64,000 bases of DNA from NCBI RefSeq assembly GCF_006345805.1, contig NC_043002.1:61566001-61630000 (forward strand), written 5' to 3'. The notes beneath the pieces were generated by a model that was not told where the DNA came from, did no database searches, and saw only the letters and a list, made by a program, of their open reading frames with translations. Made by a program: the position numbers and the translations under genes. Numbering within the stretch: position 1 is the first letter of the stretch; the number at the start of each line of letters is the position of its first letter. The DNA is from Octopus sinensis (Eukaryota). Below are positions 11,991-24,692 of this stretch, in pieces.

Positions 11991-13169
11991 ATGTATTTCT
12001 ATAGGTGAAAATGAAAGAAAGCAGGCATTACGAGAGGGGGTAAGCGGGAGGGAAGGGGATGTTGAGAAATCCAAAAATGAGATCCGGTCGCACGATTTTC
12101 AGGTCACTTTCACTTTCGTGCCATGTTTCCCGCATGCGTAGAATGAAGCATTGACTCTCCCTTTCAGTTTCTCATTACGTGGTTCGGAGACCTTATGCTA
12201 TCAAAATGTTACGACTTCATTTCCTTCTTTTGGAATTGAGAAATTATGCAAAAATCATCCTCATTGGCACACACACACAGTTAATGTTCTGTATGAATTT
12301 TCTTATTTCTTGTTGTGCTATAAATCACAGCTCAAATCCTATGGAAATTATCTTTTCCTATTCTGTCATTCCTATTTGTGATGAACGTATTTCAAAACCT
12401 TTCCTTTTAAACTTAGAAGGAAGTTATCACAGAAATCCTGTTCTTTACCTGTTGTTTTTAGCATGTCTAAAATGAAATTAGCGTACCCCACCACCCTTAT
12501 TTATTTTCTCAATTTACTCACATTCCTATTTACCATGCAGAAGATTTGCATTTCACTCGAAAGCGGGTGCTGACGGTTGGCCGAGGTGGGGAAAGGGCAT
12601 TCAGTATTTCTTTCAGAAAAACCAAACTTTCAAAAACAAATTATATTTTCCATATTGGTAATCTCTGTATTTTTCCACGTGTATAAAAAACAAACTTAAA
12701 AAGCAGTTAAAAATTGGGAAATTTCAGTGTGGAATGTGGTGTGAATTTTAACTTTGAAAACGTGGTTTCTGGAAAAAATCATATTAACCCCTTTTTATTT
12801 GATGAAACAGTACATAGTTTGTGATCCTTCTGAAGAACATAAGCCATTTCCATGCAAATTATGTCCTCCTCCTTCACTTCTGGACAAACTATGACTTCCG
12901 TTACGCCAGTAACCCACTCCACAATATATATCAGCTAACAGAATGCATTACGCTTATCAAGACAGAACATAACCAAATCATTCACCGTTTACCACTTTTT
13001 GTCAAAAATAACAAATTGACATATGAATTTTTTCACATCTTTTCATTCGTTACTAAAAACTGAAATTTTACAATGTGCAGCTTCAAATTTCTTAGTCTTC
13101 CATCTTAATTGTTCCTTAATCGTTCGAGTTTTTCACTCATGCCCTCAAAACGGATACATTCTAGTTTAT

Positions 13170-13990
13170 CTCCACAAGCAATTGCTGCAAAGAAACTGCC
13201 TCTATTCCTGCTCAAGAAAATCCAATTTAGCGATGCCCAAATGTGCAATATTTCAAAACGATCACTGACTGCTCCAAACTACACTTATTTTCTTGGATGA
13301 ATGCTTGATGGCACACCGTGGTGCACTAGAATCCCTAGATAAGTCACTAAGAGATATTAGAAACAGTACTGCCCTTGTGGATGAGGGGCTTAACTGTTGC
13401 CCTTGCAGGGGGTTCCCGTCATATATTACCAAACACACAACGGGGTTCGCGATGTGGCGAGATCTATGCATGCCTGATGCTTTCACCTTTGTGGCGGTTT
13501 GTCCTTCAGCTTTCATTAAGCAAGAATATGTTAGCTCATCTCTACGACGACCCCTTAGCTGAAGAATTTTCTCATCAATTTCTACAAATTGGAAACGGCG
13601 CCTTACTATTGAACAACATCTTGCAACAGCATGTGCTGCAATGTGGCACATGGTGTCTACATCGGCCGAGCTTAAAGGAAAGGTATTTCCCACATTGCAA
13701 GACAACTTCAAAAACCTATCATGGTTCGTAGAGAGAGCTATTTTAGCACCTCGGATTGAAAGCGTTGATAAAGTAATCCCCGAACTCCCCATTCTACTTG
13801 GAGATGCTTCAATGATTGTCGCCATTGATACTACCATCGCTGGATATGCTGTTGGTGAGTATCCAGTTGAATGGTACGCATGGCAAAATTCACCTCTAAC
13901 AAGATACGGCAAAACCATGCCTAGAATAAATCTTACCACACTACAGACATGCAACATACCAGAATCGTGTATGCGGATGCATTGCGAATA
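13170..13990 (+). mobile_element. Helitron PIF1-like helicase remnant (multiple frameshifts)
   Basis: Overlapping ORF pieces: DECLMAHRGALESLDKSLRDIRNS, GLTVALAGGSRHILP, SPLWRFVLQLSLSKNM, FSHQFLQIGNG, VFPTLQDNFKNLSWFVERAILAP. These match PIF1 motifs. Confidence 0.88.
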
Positions 13991-14501
13991 AAACACAAGT
14001 TAGGAGAAGAAAGATGGCCGATAGTCACGTGGGAGCCACATGAGCAAGTGAGAAAGATTGAAGGAAAGAGAGAGTGAGAGATAGAGAACTATGAAGTGGA
14101 GAGGAAAAATTGGAGATAGGATAAGTGAGAATAAAACAGGAGGGGGAGAAGGGGAGGTAGAACAAAAAGAGAAGGAAGAGAGAAAAAACGAAAGAGCAAT
14201 AGGATAGAATAATGGGAGAAGGGGAGGTAAAAGAATGAGAGAGAAAGAGAAAATACGAAAGAGTAAACTGATAGAGTAAGAAGATAGTAGGATGCGCATC
14301 AAAATTATTATGCGTGGAGTTTAATCATATAATGATATAAATAATATATAGATTTATATGTGTATATACATACGTATATTTATATACTCACCTCTATACG
14401 TATACATACATGCATATGTAGGTACAGGGTCTCATATATGTATATATATATATAATATATATATATATATTATATATATATATACATTTATATATGCATA
14501 C

Positions 14502-14574
<73 letters not shown>

Positions 14575-14654
14575 CAGATGAATATAGCTGAATAAATTAT
14601 TCTACACACATTCACAAAAATTCATAAAAAATATGTATACGTATATATATTTAT

Positions 14655-15360
14655 ATCAATATCTATAAATCTGAAATGCGAAAAGTTTGTTTGTCTGGTT
14701 TTGGCATTGGAACGGGTTAAAGGGCACTACGTCCCGTCGGATTGACGCCAAAATTTTCAGGGACATGTAAAAGAAGGTAAGGATGGGAATGGACAAGTTA
14801 GAAATCCCTATCTTAAAATGTGTGGTTACTAGGGAAAAAAACGCACACTTTGACAAGTCTTCTCTCATTCTCTTATCAGCCTGTCTTCCTCCGACTCTCT
14901 CTCTTTCCACCCTTCCTTTTACTTTCTCTCTATAACGTCGTTTCACAGTGCCTACTATCTTTCCCCGCCGGTTCGCCAGCGCTGTCACTCTCTCTCTACG
15001 TCTGCCTGTATTCATAGAGAGAATTATCATCGCCACCACCACACAATCATGAGAACAAATATTATGAATCAGATATTTATTGGGTTAATTTATATATGTA
15101 TGTGTGTGTGTTCTATATATAATTATGTATATATGCAAAGTGTATATATCTGTATTTATCTATATATATATAATTTGTAATATATAATGTGTGCATTATG
15201 CGGTCGGTTGAGCTGAAAATATGCACACCTATGTTAAAAGTGCTGGCGAGTTTGCATGGCAACTATTTCTTCCCTCAAGTGAAAAGCGTGATCTCTAGGA
15301 CAACATTCCTCATCTTATAAAATGTGGCCCGAGTAGACCCGAATGAAATCGGGTTATGTT
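14655..15360 (+). mobile_element. Non-autonomous Helitron-like element
   Basis: 5' ATCTATAAATCTGAAATG..GTTTGTTTGTCTG start; subterminal hairpin ACCCGA-ATGAAA-TCGGGT at 15337-15354; 3' part homologous to 39470-39698. Confidence 0.55.
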
Positions 15361-16262
15361 AATCAAAATGTGAAAAGGGGTCTAAATGGGGCTGGAAGGG
15401 ATTAAAATTTACAGGAGTGGGTGTTTAGGAATTCTCTGTTACATCAGACTAAAAAATTTGCGCCAGCCTTTTCATCGTCAATGTGTTGCCATCCATGATG
15501 AAGAAGTTTTGAATGCCTGCCATGGTGAGTCTACTGTTGTGAGAAAGAATCACTTCAAAACTTGGTTTTTAGGAATTTTGTTTTACATCAAGTTCAAAAT
15601 TTTACGCCAGTCGTTAAACTGCTACTACGTTGCTGTCCGTCGTTAAGAAATGCCAGCTATGGTGACTCTATTATTCTCAGATTCTATCACTTCAAACTTT
15701 GGTTTCCAATATTTTTTAAAATTTTTATTCAGCTCGCAAGTCCGTCTGTCCCTTTTAAATGTTAGTGTTTTGCTATCTATCTTGAAGTAGACCTTTCCGT
15801 TGTTACTGCCTGATATTTATGATTGATCTTTCAAAATATTTTCTTTTTCTACTTACTCAAGATTTTTGTTGTTTATTAATGGGAGAGAGATAGATAGAGA
15901 AAGATAGAGAGTAAGAGAAAGCAAGGGAGAGTCCGAGAGAAAGGAAGAGTAAGAGAGTGAGAAAGTGAGAGAGAAAGGAGAGAGAAACAAAGAGGGAGAA
16001 TGCGGTGATAAAAAACAGAAAGGAGGCAACAGAAAGTAACAACCACACTCTTACTCGCGCGTAGAGCGGGCCACCTTAAGCTAGTACATATATATTTATA
16101 AAGTTTGTCAGCATAACTGTCGAATACTTTGAGCACAGAAAGGAAAAAAACAACATATAACTAATTATGTGTGTAAATAATAAATATAGAAACAGTTTTA
16201 TAGATTAATACTTACAGAATTGGTGAAAAACTCGAATGGCAACAACCTTAGTAAGTTGTGTA

Positions 16263-17180
16263 CTACAACGAATATACTGCATTTCTGTTCACAGAGGTTT
16301 CCTTACAACATATTCCTTTCAAGTTCTTGCGAAATGATTTGCTTACTGCCGCGTATAAAACAATGTTGATAGCGTTATTAACACACGCTAACATATCCAA
16401 GAATATGAAAAATACTTTGTCACTTTGTGACTGAAAAACCATTAGAAAGTAATGTATAGACACAGGAAAGGTTGTAAACAAAAACACACTACTAATTGTT
16501 ATCACTAGGTATACAGAATTTTTTGTTTGTGATGTAGATCTTCGTTGAACATTCTGGCCAAGTTTCGAAGGCTGGAGTATTTTATAAATCATGAGAATAG
16601 ACATGAGGAATAATACTATAGCAGATAGAAAAGAATATAATACGATTGCAACACACATTTTGTATTCAAAATTGTTTATAAGAATCATAATCATTGCGTA
16701 AATTATAGCAACACAGATAAGAAGTGCAAACACTATGATGTAAGGTTTATATCGTCCAGAAGAATTCATTTTAGAAAAGGGATGCAATATTGCTCCCAGC
16801 CGTTCAATTGATATGAGTACCGTAATCCAGGAGGAACATATCTTAAAAAACAATGAGATGATCTCAAAAGTTGGACTGGATAATATGTTGGTATCTGGAG
16901 CCAATAAATGTAGAGAATAAGAGGTCCATATGATTCTTGGACAATTCAACAAAATAGAAATTATATCTGCAGAAATTAGAAATAGGATATATGGAACGAC
17001 TTTATTCTTACGCATATTCTTCCTGCAAAATGTTGCCATGGCTGTTATATTCCCGATAGTTCCAAACGTAAAAATCATTATACAACCATATGTTATGGGC
17101 GTAATGAAATAAATATTTGCATGATTAACTTCCAGGCTATTGTTGGTCACTGTATCATTTTTGGTTATGTTAGTTTCCAT
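16263..17180 (-). CDS. Class A orphan GPCR, subfamily B (305 aa)
   Basis: FGTIGN, ADIISILLNCP, SSWITVLISIERL, SFLSA (P5.50 replaced by Ser), TTFP, NNAINIVLY, SKSFRKNLKGICC. Confidence 0.92.
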   Translation of the reverse strand: METNITKNDTVTNNSLEVNHANIYFITPITYGCIMIFTFGTIGNITAMATFCRKNMRKNKVVPYILFLISADIISILLNCPRIIWTSYSLHLLAPDTNILSSPTFEIISLFFKICSSWITVLISIERLGAILHPFSKMNSSGRYKPYIIVFALLICVAIIYAMIMILINNFEYKMCVAIVLYSFLSAIVLFLMSILMIYKILQPSKLGQNVQRRSTSQTKNSVYLVITISSVFLFTTFPVSIHYFLMVFQSQSDKVFFIFLDMLACVNNAINIVLYAAVSKSFRKNLKGICCKETSVNRNAVYSL

Positions 17181-17356
17181 TATATAACTTGTAGAGCATT
17201 CTTGGCAAAACAGAATTAAATTTAACCTTGTTTTTCAATAATCGTTACTTTCCAGATTGTATCCTTTATCTTAATAATTGCGTACGGTTTTAAACTGAAT
17301 GAAAATTGAATATATATATATATATATATACACACATCACTAACCTCATACATGTG

Positions 17357-17423
<67 letters not shown>

Positions 17424-17779
17424 ATGTGTGTGTATGTGTGTGTGTGTGTGTGTGTGTTTGTGTGTGTATGTGCATGTTTGTGTGTGTATAGATGTTAGAA
17501 CAAATTTTTGTGTTAGAAGAATAGTAAAAATGGTTATTCACGTGAAAATTGTTGACAATGTTTCCACATACTGTTTCATCTTAGCGTAAAGTATACATTT
17601 ACCATGTCCTTTATTACGATCTCATTTAAGCCTCGTTTTTAGTTCACGTTAATGCTACTTATGAAACAACGCTTTATTGAACGAATACATAGTCTAATCA
17701 TACCCTAACTTCAGTTATTAGTCTCATTCATATTGTACGGAGATGGGTTTGGAAGCAAATAACATTCATTGCTTATACA

Positions 17780-18060
17780 ATAACAGATTTCTGAATGGAG
17801 ATAAGCATAATGAGAAAGAGGTTGACAGAGAAGGAGTAGGAGAGTGAAAGTTAGAGAACGTGGATGTTTTGTAGAGAGAATGTGACAGAGAGAAAGGTAG
17901 GTTGAGAGAGTGGGAGAAGAAATGAAATCGTAGGTGGAATAGGAAAAGACACACCTAACGTAAAAATAGGCGTTTTCTCATCCATTCAACTTCTAATATA
18001 TATTCTTGAGTCTCATTGATTCAACTTCTACTTTATCTCCTTATGACAGTGATGATGACG
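17780..18060 (-). promoter_or_regulatory. B-type upstream conserved block (purine-rich plus TTTTCxxxxxTTCAxxTCT segment); counterparts at ~47140-47290, ~52040-52210, ~60150-60330
   Basis: A similar GA-rich tract, motif and (GAT)n-rich tract lie 0.6-1.2 kb upstream of four B genes. Similarity is patchy and judged by eye. Confidence 0.4.
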
Positions 18061-18528
18061 ATAAAAAAGGGTGATGTCGGCGATGACAAATACGAGGGAT
18101 ACAATGACGATTAACGTGATGATGGTTATGATGATAAGGATATAGTTGATTACATTTCTCGCAATTTTCGACATTGTTACTCATCACCATTTTAAACACT
18201 TAGAAAAATATGAGAGTTGATTGCTGAACACCATGTTATAGTCCACGGGAAAAGATATTTGCATCTTAAATGTTGCAAGAGCGGATATAAGCAAAATTCA
18301 TGCATGTGGTTCAGTAACGAATCTGCTGTAGTTTCTTCACATATGACATAATCATAAACGGGAAATGTTGACATCTAATATGTTGCATATAGTATATTGA
18401 AGTTTATACACGTAATGTGCCCACACACATACACACACAAACACAAACACAGACACACACACACACACACGTACACACACATACTTATATTTATGTATTT
18501 ATGTATGTATATTTATCTATTTATACAT

Positions 18529-18927
18529 AGGCACAGAAATGACTGCGCGGTAAGAAGTTTGCTTCCTAACCACATGGTTCCGTGTTCAGTCCCACTGCAT
18601 GGCCACTTGGGCAAATGTCCTCTACTATAGCCTCGGGCCGACCAAAGCCTTGTGAGTGGATTTTGTAGAGGGAAACTCAAAGAAAATCGTCGTATATATA
18701 TATGTATGTTAGTGTTTGTTTTTTGTGTCTGTTTTTATCATCCCATCATCGCTTCACAACCGACGTTGGTGTATTTAGGACCCCGTCAGCTAGCGGTTCG
18801 GCAAAACAGACTGATAGAATGAGTGCTAGGCTTACAAAAATAAGTCCTGGAGTCGATTTATTCGACTAAAGTAGGTGCTCCAGCATGACCGCAGTTAACT
18901 GACTGAAACAAATAAAGAATAAAAGAA
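18529..18927 (+). mobile_element. tRNA-derived SINE (octopus type), full length
   Basis: tRNA-like head (GGTAAGAAG...GTTCAGTCC), central microsatellite, tail GGTGCTCCAGCATGACCGCAG..GACTGAAACAA. Confidence 0.88.
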
Positions 18928-19020
18928 ATGAAAGGAAAAAAAAAATGAAAAATGTGTATATAAATGACCCACAAAAATGAAAAGAAAAAGAAACGAAAGC
19001 GACATATGATTAATAATTAT

Positions 19021-19434
19021 TCTCTTTTACTTGTTTCAGTCATTTGACTGTGGCCATGCAGAAGCGCCGCCTTTGGTCAGTCAAATCGATCCCAGGACTT
19101 ATTCTTTGTAAGCCTCGTAATTATTCCATCGGTTTCTTTAGCCGAACTGCTAAGTTACGGGGACGTAAACACACCAGCATCGGTTGACAAGTGATGTTGG
19201 GGCGACAAACACAGACACAAACATATACACACATGCATACATATATATATATGTATATACATACATATATAGACGGGTTTCTTTCAGGTTCCGTCTACCA
19301 AATCTACTCACAAGGGTTTGGTCGGCCCGAGGCTATAGTAGAAGACACGTGTCCAATGTACCACACAGTAGAACTGAACCGGGAGCCATGTGGTTCGTAA
19401 GCAAGCTACTGACTACACAGCCACTCTTACGCCT
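19021..19434 (-). mobile_element. tRNA-derived SINE, full length, inverted relative to 18529-18927
   Basis: Reverse complement of the same family along its full length. Confidence 0.88.
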
Positions 19435-19523
19435 ATAAATTATGTAAACTAAAATATAAAGACAGAAATAGGAATATATGGAGATACTTAATGAATGGGT
19501 TATGTGCTCAATTAGCGAAAGAC

Positions 19524-20410
19524 TTAGTTTGTTGTCACCTGCAACGGATACACTGTACTTCTGTTGATTGAAGTCTCTTTACAAAATATTTGTTTCAAAC
19601 TGTCGCGAAATGGCTTGCTTACCGCAGCATACAAAATAAAATTGAAAACGTTATTAATACAAGCTATCATATTGAAAAAAATCAATATAACTGTGTTCCT
19701 TCTATTTAGGAGTGACACCACAACATAGGAAACGTTGTTAGTAGAAAGAGTGTGTTTATTGCAATCACTACATAAATACTATTTTTTGATTGCTCTGAGG
19801 CATTCCGTTGAGCATGCTGGCCGAATTTGGGTCGATGAAGTATTTTGCACACTAGCAAAACAGAGCTGATTATTAAAATCAAAGCTGGTATGAATGAATA
19901 AATGGAGTATGCTGCACAGATGCTATATATTTTATTCTTTAAAACTACTATTAGTATTGCGTACGTAACAGCAATACATACAAGAAGCAACAGCAGCACA
20001 CTGTAAGGCTTGTAAGTTTGTGAAGAATGGAGTCTGAAAAATGGGCAAGACATAGCTAATAGACGTTCAACAGATATGGTAACTGTTATCCAGGAGGAAT
20101 ATGTATATATAGAAAAAGTGATGAACCTATAAATGTCACTCCTTAAAACTACTGTAGCGGCCGTATTCGATTGCCAATTAGATATGAGCCAAATTAATTA
20201 GAGGAAAAACATCCAAATGTCATTGAAATCTACAACAGCCAGACAATGAAGATATGGAGCAATTTTATTCTGACGCAGTTTCTTCGCGAAAAATAATGCA
20301 ATAACTGCTAAATTTCCGACAGATCCAAAAGTCAATAAAATTATTGAAACGTGACGTAAGTCGATATTTGTATCGTTTACACCCTGGCTACTGTTGGTCA
20401 TTACATCCAT
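19524..20410 (-). pseudogene. GPCR subfamily A pseudogene
   Basis: ORFs 20198-20410, 19706-20053 and 19524-19721 tile a full receptor. There is an in-frame TAA at 20198-20200 (end of TM2) and a frameshifting deletion near 19725 (after TTFP). Confidence 0.92.
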
Positions 20411-20976
20411 TTCTCTTTTGTTAATTTCTTCTTGCTTATTATCCAGTGGGTTAGCAGGAATAGTTAAATATAATCACTTCCTATTACGCAACAAATATAA
20501 AATACCTCCACAAACTTCCACTTCTTTGACATGTAACGCATTTCTGGTATAACTGCATTTAAGTTGTGTTCAGCCTTTTTATATAAATCTATGTATGTAT
20601 AACACAGAGAGAGTCTGTATGCGCACGCACGTCTGTATGAATGTATGTGCATCAAGATACAGTTATAGTGATGATAAGTTACGTTTTAGTGTTCATGTAT
20701 TACTTCTGACCACCATCATCGTCGGGATGATGGTGGTGATTATGATGATGATGATGAGGAGGAGGAGGAGGAAGATGACAATGAGAATGGGGAGGGTTAT
20801 TATAATGAGGGTGATCATAATCATGATGATGATGGCGGTGGCTTCGGTGGGGGTTGGGGGAAGGAAGATTAGGCAGACTACTTCTAAGACGATAAAATAA
20901 TAGCGAGGATTGAGCTCGTCGATTGATGTGGATGAAGTAACATTATCAACAGTGATAAGACACTAAAGGTAGAAAT

Positions 20977-21070
20977 GGATCGATATCCTATTTGATAACA
21001 AAAAAAAAGGCGAGGATACATCCTGCCAAAGGCTTGACTCCTGCTAAGTAACTCGAGAACTTCCGTTGTT
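20977..21070 (-). promoter_or_regulatory. A-type upstream module
   Basis: ATCGAT 20979-20984, ACATCCTG 21018-21025, second ACTTCCG near 21059. Confidence 0.5.
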
Positions 21071-21400
21071 AACTTGCATTATGCTCGCCTAAACCGAAAT
21101 ACAGAAAAAGATGCATTTTAACGTATCGTGATTGAAATGATTTAAAATGAGTTATTGATTGTATTTAATATGCTAATCGATTAAGCTTCTGGGCACGGAT
21201 CTAAATTCACGATGGAAATTTCAAGGCTAGAATCATAGTGCATACAAGTGGGCTGGTGGGTTTCTCAACGTAATTATTTTCCAAGGAAGACTTCTGATTG
21301 TGAATTGGCGTTGTAGTAATCTACAAATATGTATATTTTGATTTGACTAATATATTATGTACGTATGGAAGCATATAAGTGTGTTTGTGTGTGTGTGTGT

Positions 21401-21448
<48 letters not shown>

Positions 21449-21554
21449 TGTATATATATCTATATGTATATATATATATATATATGTTATATATATGTAT
21501 ATATAAATATATACATATATATAATATATATATATACATATATGCACACATACA

Positions 21555-21585
<31 letters not shown>

Positions 21586-21653
21586 CGATAAAAATGGTAA
21601 GACAACAAAAGAATGAAAGAGACCTCGATATTATGTAAATAGAGGAATTTATC

Positions 21654-21782
21654 TGTAAGAGTAATATGTGAAAATTATTCGGTAGCCCTGATAAAACTCC
21701 GAGTTTCGAAGTTTCCAACTTGGCATCCGTAACTCGGAGTTTTATCTTGGCTACCGGATAATTGTCACATATTACTTTTACA
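21654..21782. mobile_element. Miniature inverted-repeat element (~52-bp arms, 25-nt spacer)
   Basis: TGTAAGAGTAATATGTGAAAATTATTCGGTAGCCCTGATAAAACTCCGAGTT and its reverse complement at 21731-21782. The same terminus occurs alone at ~8391-8424. Confidence 0.75.
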
Positions 21783-21787
21783 TATAT

Positions 21788-22115
21788 ATATATATATATA
21801 TATATGTATGGTGAAGGCGCGTCGCTTCTGTGGTTAGAGAGTTCGGCTAAGGATCGTAAGGTCGTGAGTTCAATTTCCAGCGACGCATTGTGTCCTTGCA
21901 GAAGACACTTTATTTCATGTTTCCCCAGCCCACTGAGCTGGTAAAAATGAGTAGTACCTGTATTTCAAAGGGCCCTCCTTTTCCCACTTTGTATGACGCT
22001 GAATCTTCCTGAAAATTACGTTAAGGGGACACGTGTCTGTGGAGTGCCCAGCAGCTTGCACGTTAATTTCACGAGCAGGCTGCTCCGTTGATCGTATCAG
22101 CTGGGACTGATTCAA
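21788..22115 (+). mobile_element. Second tRNA-derived SINE family
   Basis: Head GGCGCGTCGCT..GTGGTTAGAG..GTGAGTTCAATT, then TGTGTCCTTG..AAGACACTTTATTTCA core; same head at 48080-48410 on the minus strand. Confidence 0.75.
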
Positions 22116-22384
22116 ATTCGTTGGCACTCTTGAATGCGCTTCTTTCACTTGTTCAGTCTCATGTATATATACGTGTGTGTTTGTATGTATTTGCGTGTGT
22201 GTGTGCGTGTGTGTAGTACAGTTTGTTTATTCGCAATTGGCAAACAAAAAGCAAAACAAAACCGTCATTAAAGTGGCTGGAAGCACAAACCAGTCCAGTA
22301 TTTCTAGAAATGAGAGTTAAAATGCCTCTGTTGCTTGTAATACTGTTGCCCCCTCAAAGGAAACACAAATAATAAATGGTGTTC

Positions 22385-22660
22385 CATAGTGCACTGTCTT
22401 AGGGCTGTGCTATTCTTAGGGGCCTTCTGAGAGATGCTCTTATGCGGCTCAGATAGCAACCTCACTAGCTATGCAGATGACACATCTGGAAAATCATCGA
22501 TGGGCTTGTACCAATTTTGGCATTGAAAGTTACACATATCAACAGAACGGGACGACACTGCAGACTGCTTAAGATACCAGCATCACTATCACAATACAGG
22601 ACCACATACTGTAGTCCACAGCTCTTCAATATTCTTCAAAACAGCTTGAGAGATCTGTTG
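22385..22660 (+). mobile_element. Collapsed CR1/L2-like LINE RT remnant
   Basis: Remnant LTSYADDT followed by RTGRHC..IP..YRT.YC..PQLFNIL, homologous to the LINE end at 25360-25915. Confidence 0.6.
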
Positions 22661-22933
22661 TTATGTCCTGTTATTTGTACTTGTGTAACATTCTCCGTTT
22701 TTTCCCCACCTTTATTTTCGTATACATTCGCTGCATTCTTCCAAGGAATCTAATGCTTTTAGCATAGTTTTTCCTTCGGGCTGGCCAAATTGGAGCAATC
22801 TCGAGTATAACCAGCCGAAATTGCAAAGATAATCTGGAATTCAATGAGGGAGAAACTTTACGCTAATGACTATGGAAAGTTCTACCTCAAGGTAGAAAAA
22901 AAGTTATGCGTTTACATTAGGAGTAAATGGGAA

Positions 22934-24211
22934 TATCAGTTTCGCAAGAAAGTTCTTGCGAAATATTAAATCTTGGTCTTAAATTATATATTTTCAAATT
23001 AATTCTTCTTAAATTTCTTTGACATTATATATCATTTTAAAGCCCATTTTCGCTCTATCAAATCGTGTTAGTCTATTTGTTTTTGAATAATTTGGCCAAT
23101 TTTTCCGAAACGTTGAATACACTATGGACAAAAAGCAAATTTTCTTTTATTATTTTACAACTTTCTTATTCCAGTTCAAGCTTCTGAAACAGCTCACGAT
23201 ATCAACGAAACGTTTAGCCCAAGGAATCACTAATGAACTTACAGCACAATGGTGGTTCAACAAATTTCGTAGCAGTGACGAGAATCTTGAAGATGATAAG
23301 CATAGTGGTCGGCCATCGGATGTTGACAACAATCAAAAAAGAGCCTTAGTCGAAGCCAATCCACGAACAACTGTTTGAGAGCTTGATTCTGAATTAGACG
23401 TAACTTATACGACTATTTCCAACCACTTAAAAGAGATTGGAACAAAAAATACCTGAGAAATGCGTGCCGCACGAATTTAACGACCCCCCCCCAAAAAAAA
23501 AACCGCCGTTTTGAACAGTCACCTTGCCTTCTTTAACGCAACAAGAACGGTGCGTTTCTCGACCGAATTGTGACTTGCGATGAAAGGTGGATTCATTAGG
23601 ACAACCGGCGACGCTCAGCTCAGTGTTTGGACGCCGACGAAGCTCCACAGCACTTCCCAAAGCCAAAGTTGCACCAAAAGAAGGCTATCGTGACTGTTTG
23701 GTGGTCTGCGGCTGGTCTCATCCATCACAGCTTTATTGATCCTGCCGAAACCATACGGCGGAGAAGAAATGACAGCAAATGAATGAAATGCATAAGAAAC
23801 TCCGACAATAACAGCGTGTATTGGTCAATAGAAAAGGAGAAATTCTTCTCCACGACAACGGTCGGCCGCACGTCGCACAACTGATCCTTCAGAAGTTTAA
23901 CGAATTGGGCTACGAAACTCTGCCTCACCCGCCATACTCACAGACCTCTCGCCTACTGACTACCACGTTTTCAAGCATCACAACTTCCTGCGTGAGAAAT
24001 GCTTAAAAAAAACAGCACGATGCCTAACACGCCTTCAATGACTTCATCGCCTCCAGAATGCAGGACTTTTACGCTACTGGCTAAAATAAACTTGTTTCGC
24101 GTTGGCATAAGAGTGTTGATTCTGATGGTGTTTGTTTCGATTAATAAAGTTTTGTTTGAGCCGAGATATGTGCATCTGAATTTAAAGGTTAAAAACCACA
24201 ATAACCTACTA
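22934..24211 (+). mobile_element. Mariner (Hsmar1/Mos1-like) transposon, decayed, near full length
   Basis: MDKKQI..WFNKFRS.DENLED..HSGRP, VPHE, TCDERWIH, LHQKKAIVTVWW, LLHDNGRPH, LPHPPYS.DLSPTDYH across frames; TIR remnants at both ends. Confidence 0.9.
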
Positions 24212-24414
24212 TATGTGTAGGCGTGTACATTTGTACATATACATACGTAGATACCTACCTGCCTACCTAAATACACACACACACAAAAAAACACACACAC
24301 ATACACAAACACACACACGTACAGAAACACACACACATACACAAACACACACACGTATATATATTCTTTTATTCTTTTACTTTTTTCATTCATGTCACTG
24401 CATCACCTTGAAGA

Positions 24415-24587
24415 GTTTTGGTCAAACAAGTCGAATCTGGGACTCATTTTTTATATCCTACTACTAATTCTATCTTTCTCTTTTCCTGAATCCCCTAGTT
24501 ACGGGGTAGTAAAAACACCAACACCGGTTCTGAAGTGGTGATGAGGGGAGAAGCAAACACAAACAGAAAGTCACGCACATACACATG

Positions 24588-24600
<13 letters not shown>
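24415..24600 (-). mobile_element. Partial degenerate tRNA-SINE (3' half)
   Basis: Matches the 3' half of the 18529 family (CCCCTAGTTACGGGG..AAAAACACCAACACCGGTT). Confidence 0.55.
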
Positions 24601-24673
<73 letters not shown>

Positions 24674-24692
24674 AATATATGTATATATATAT

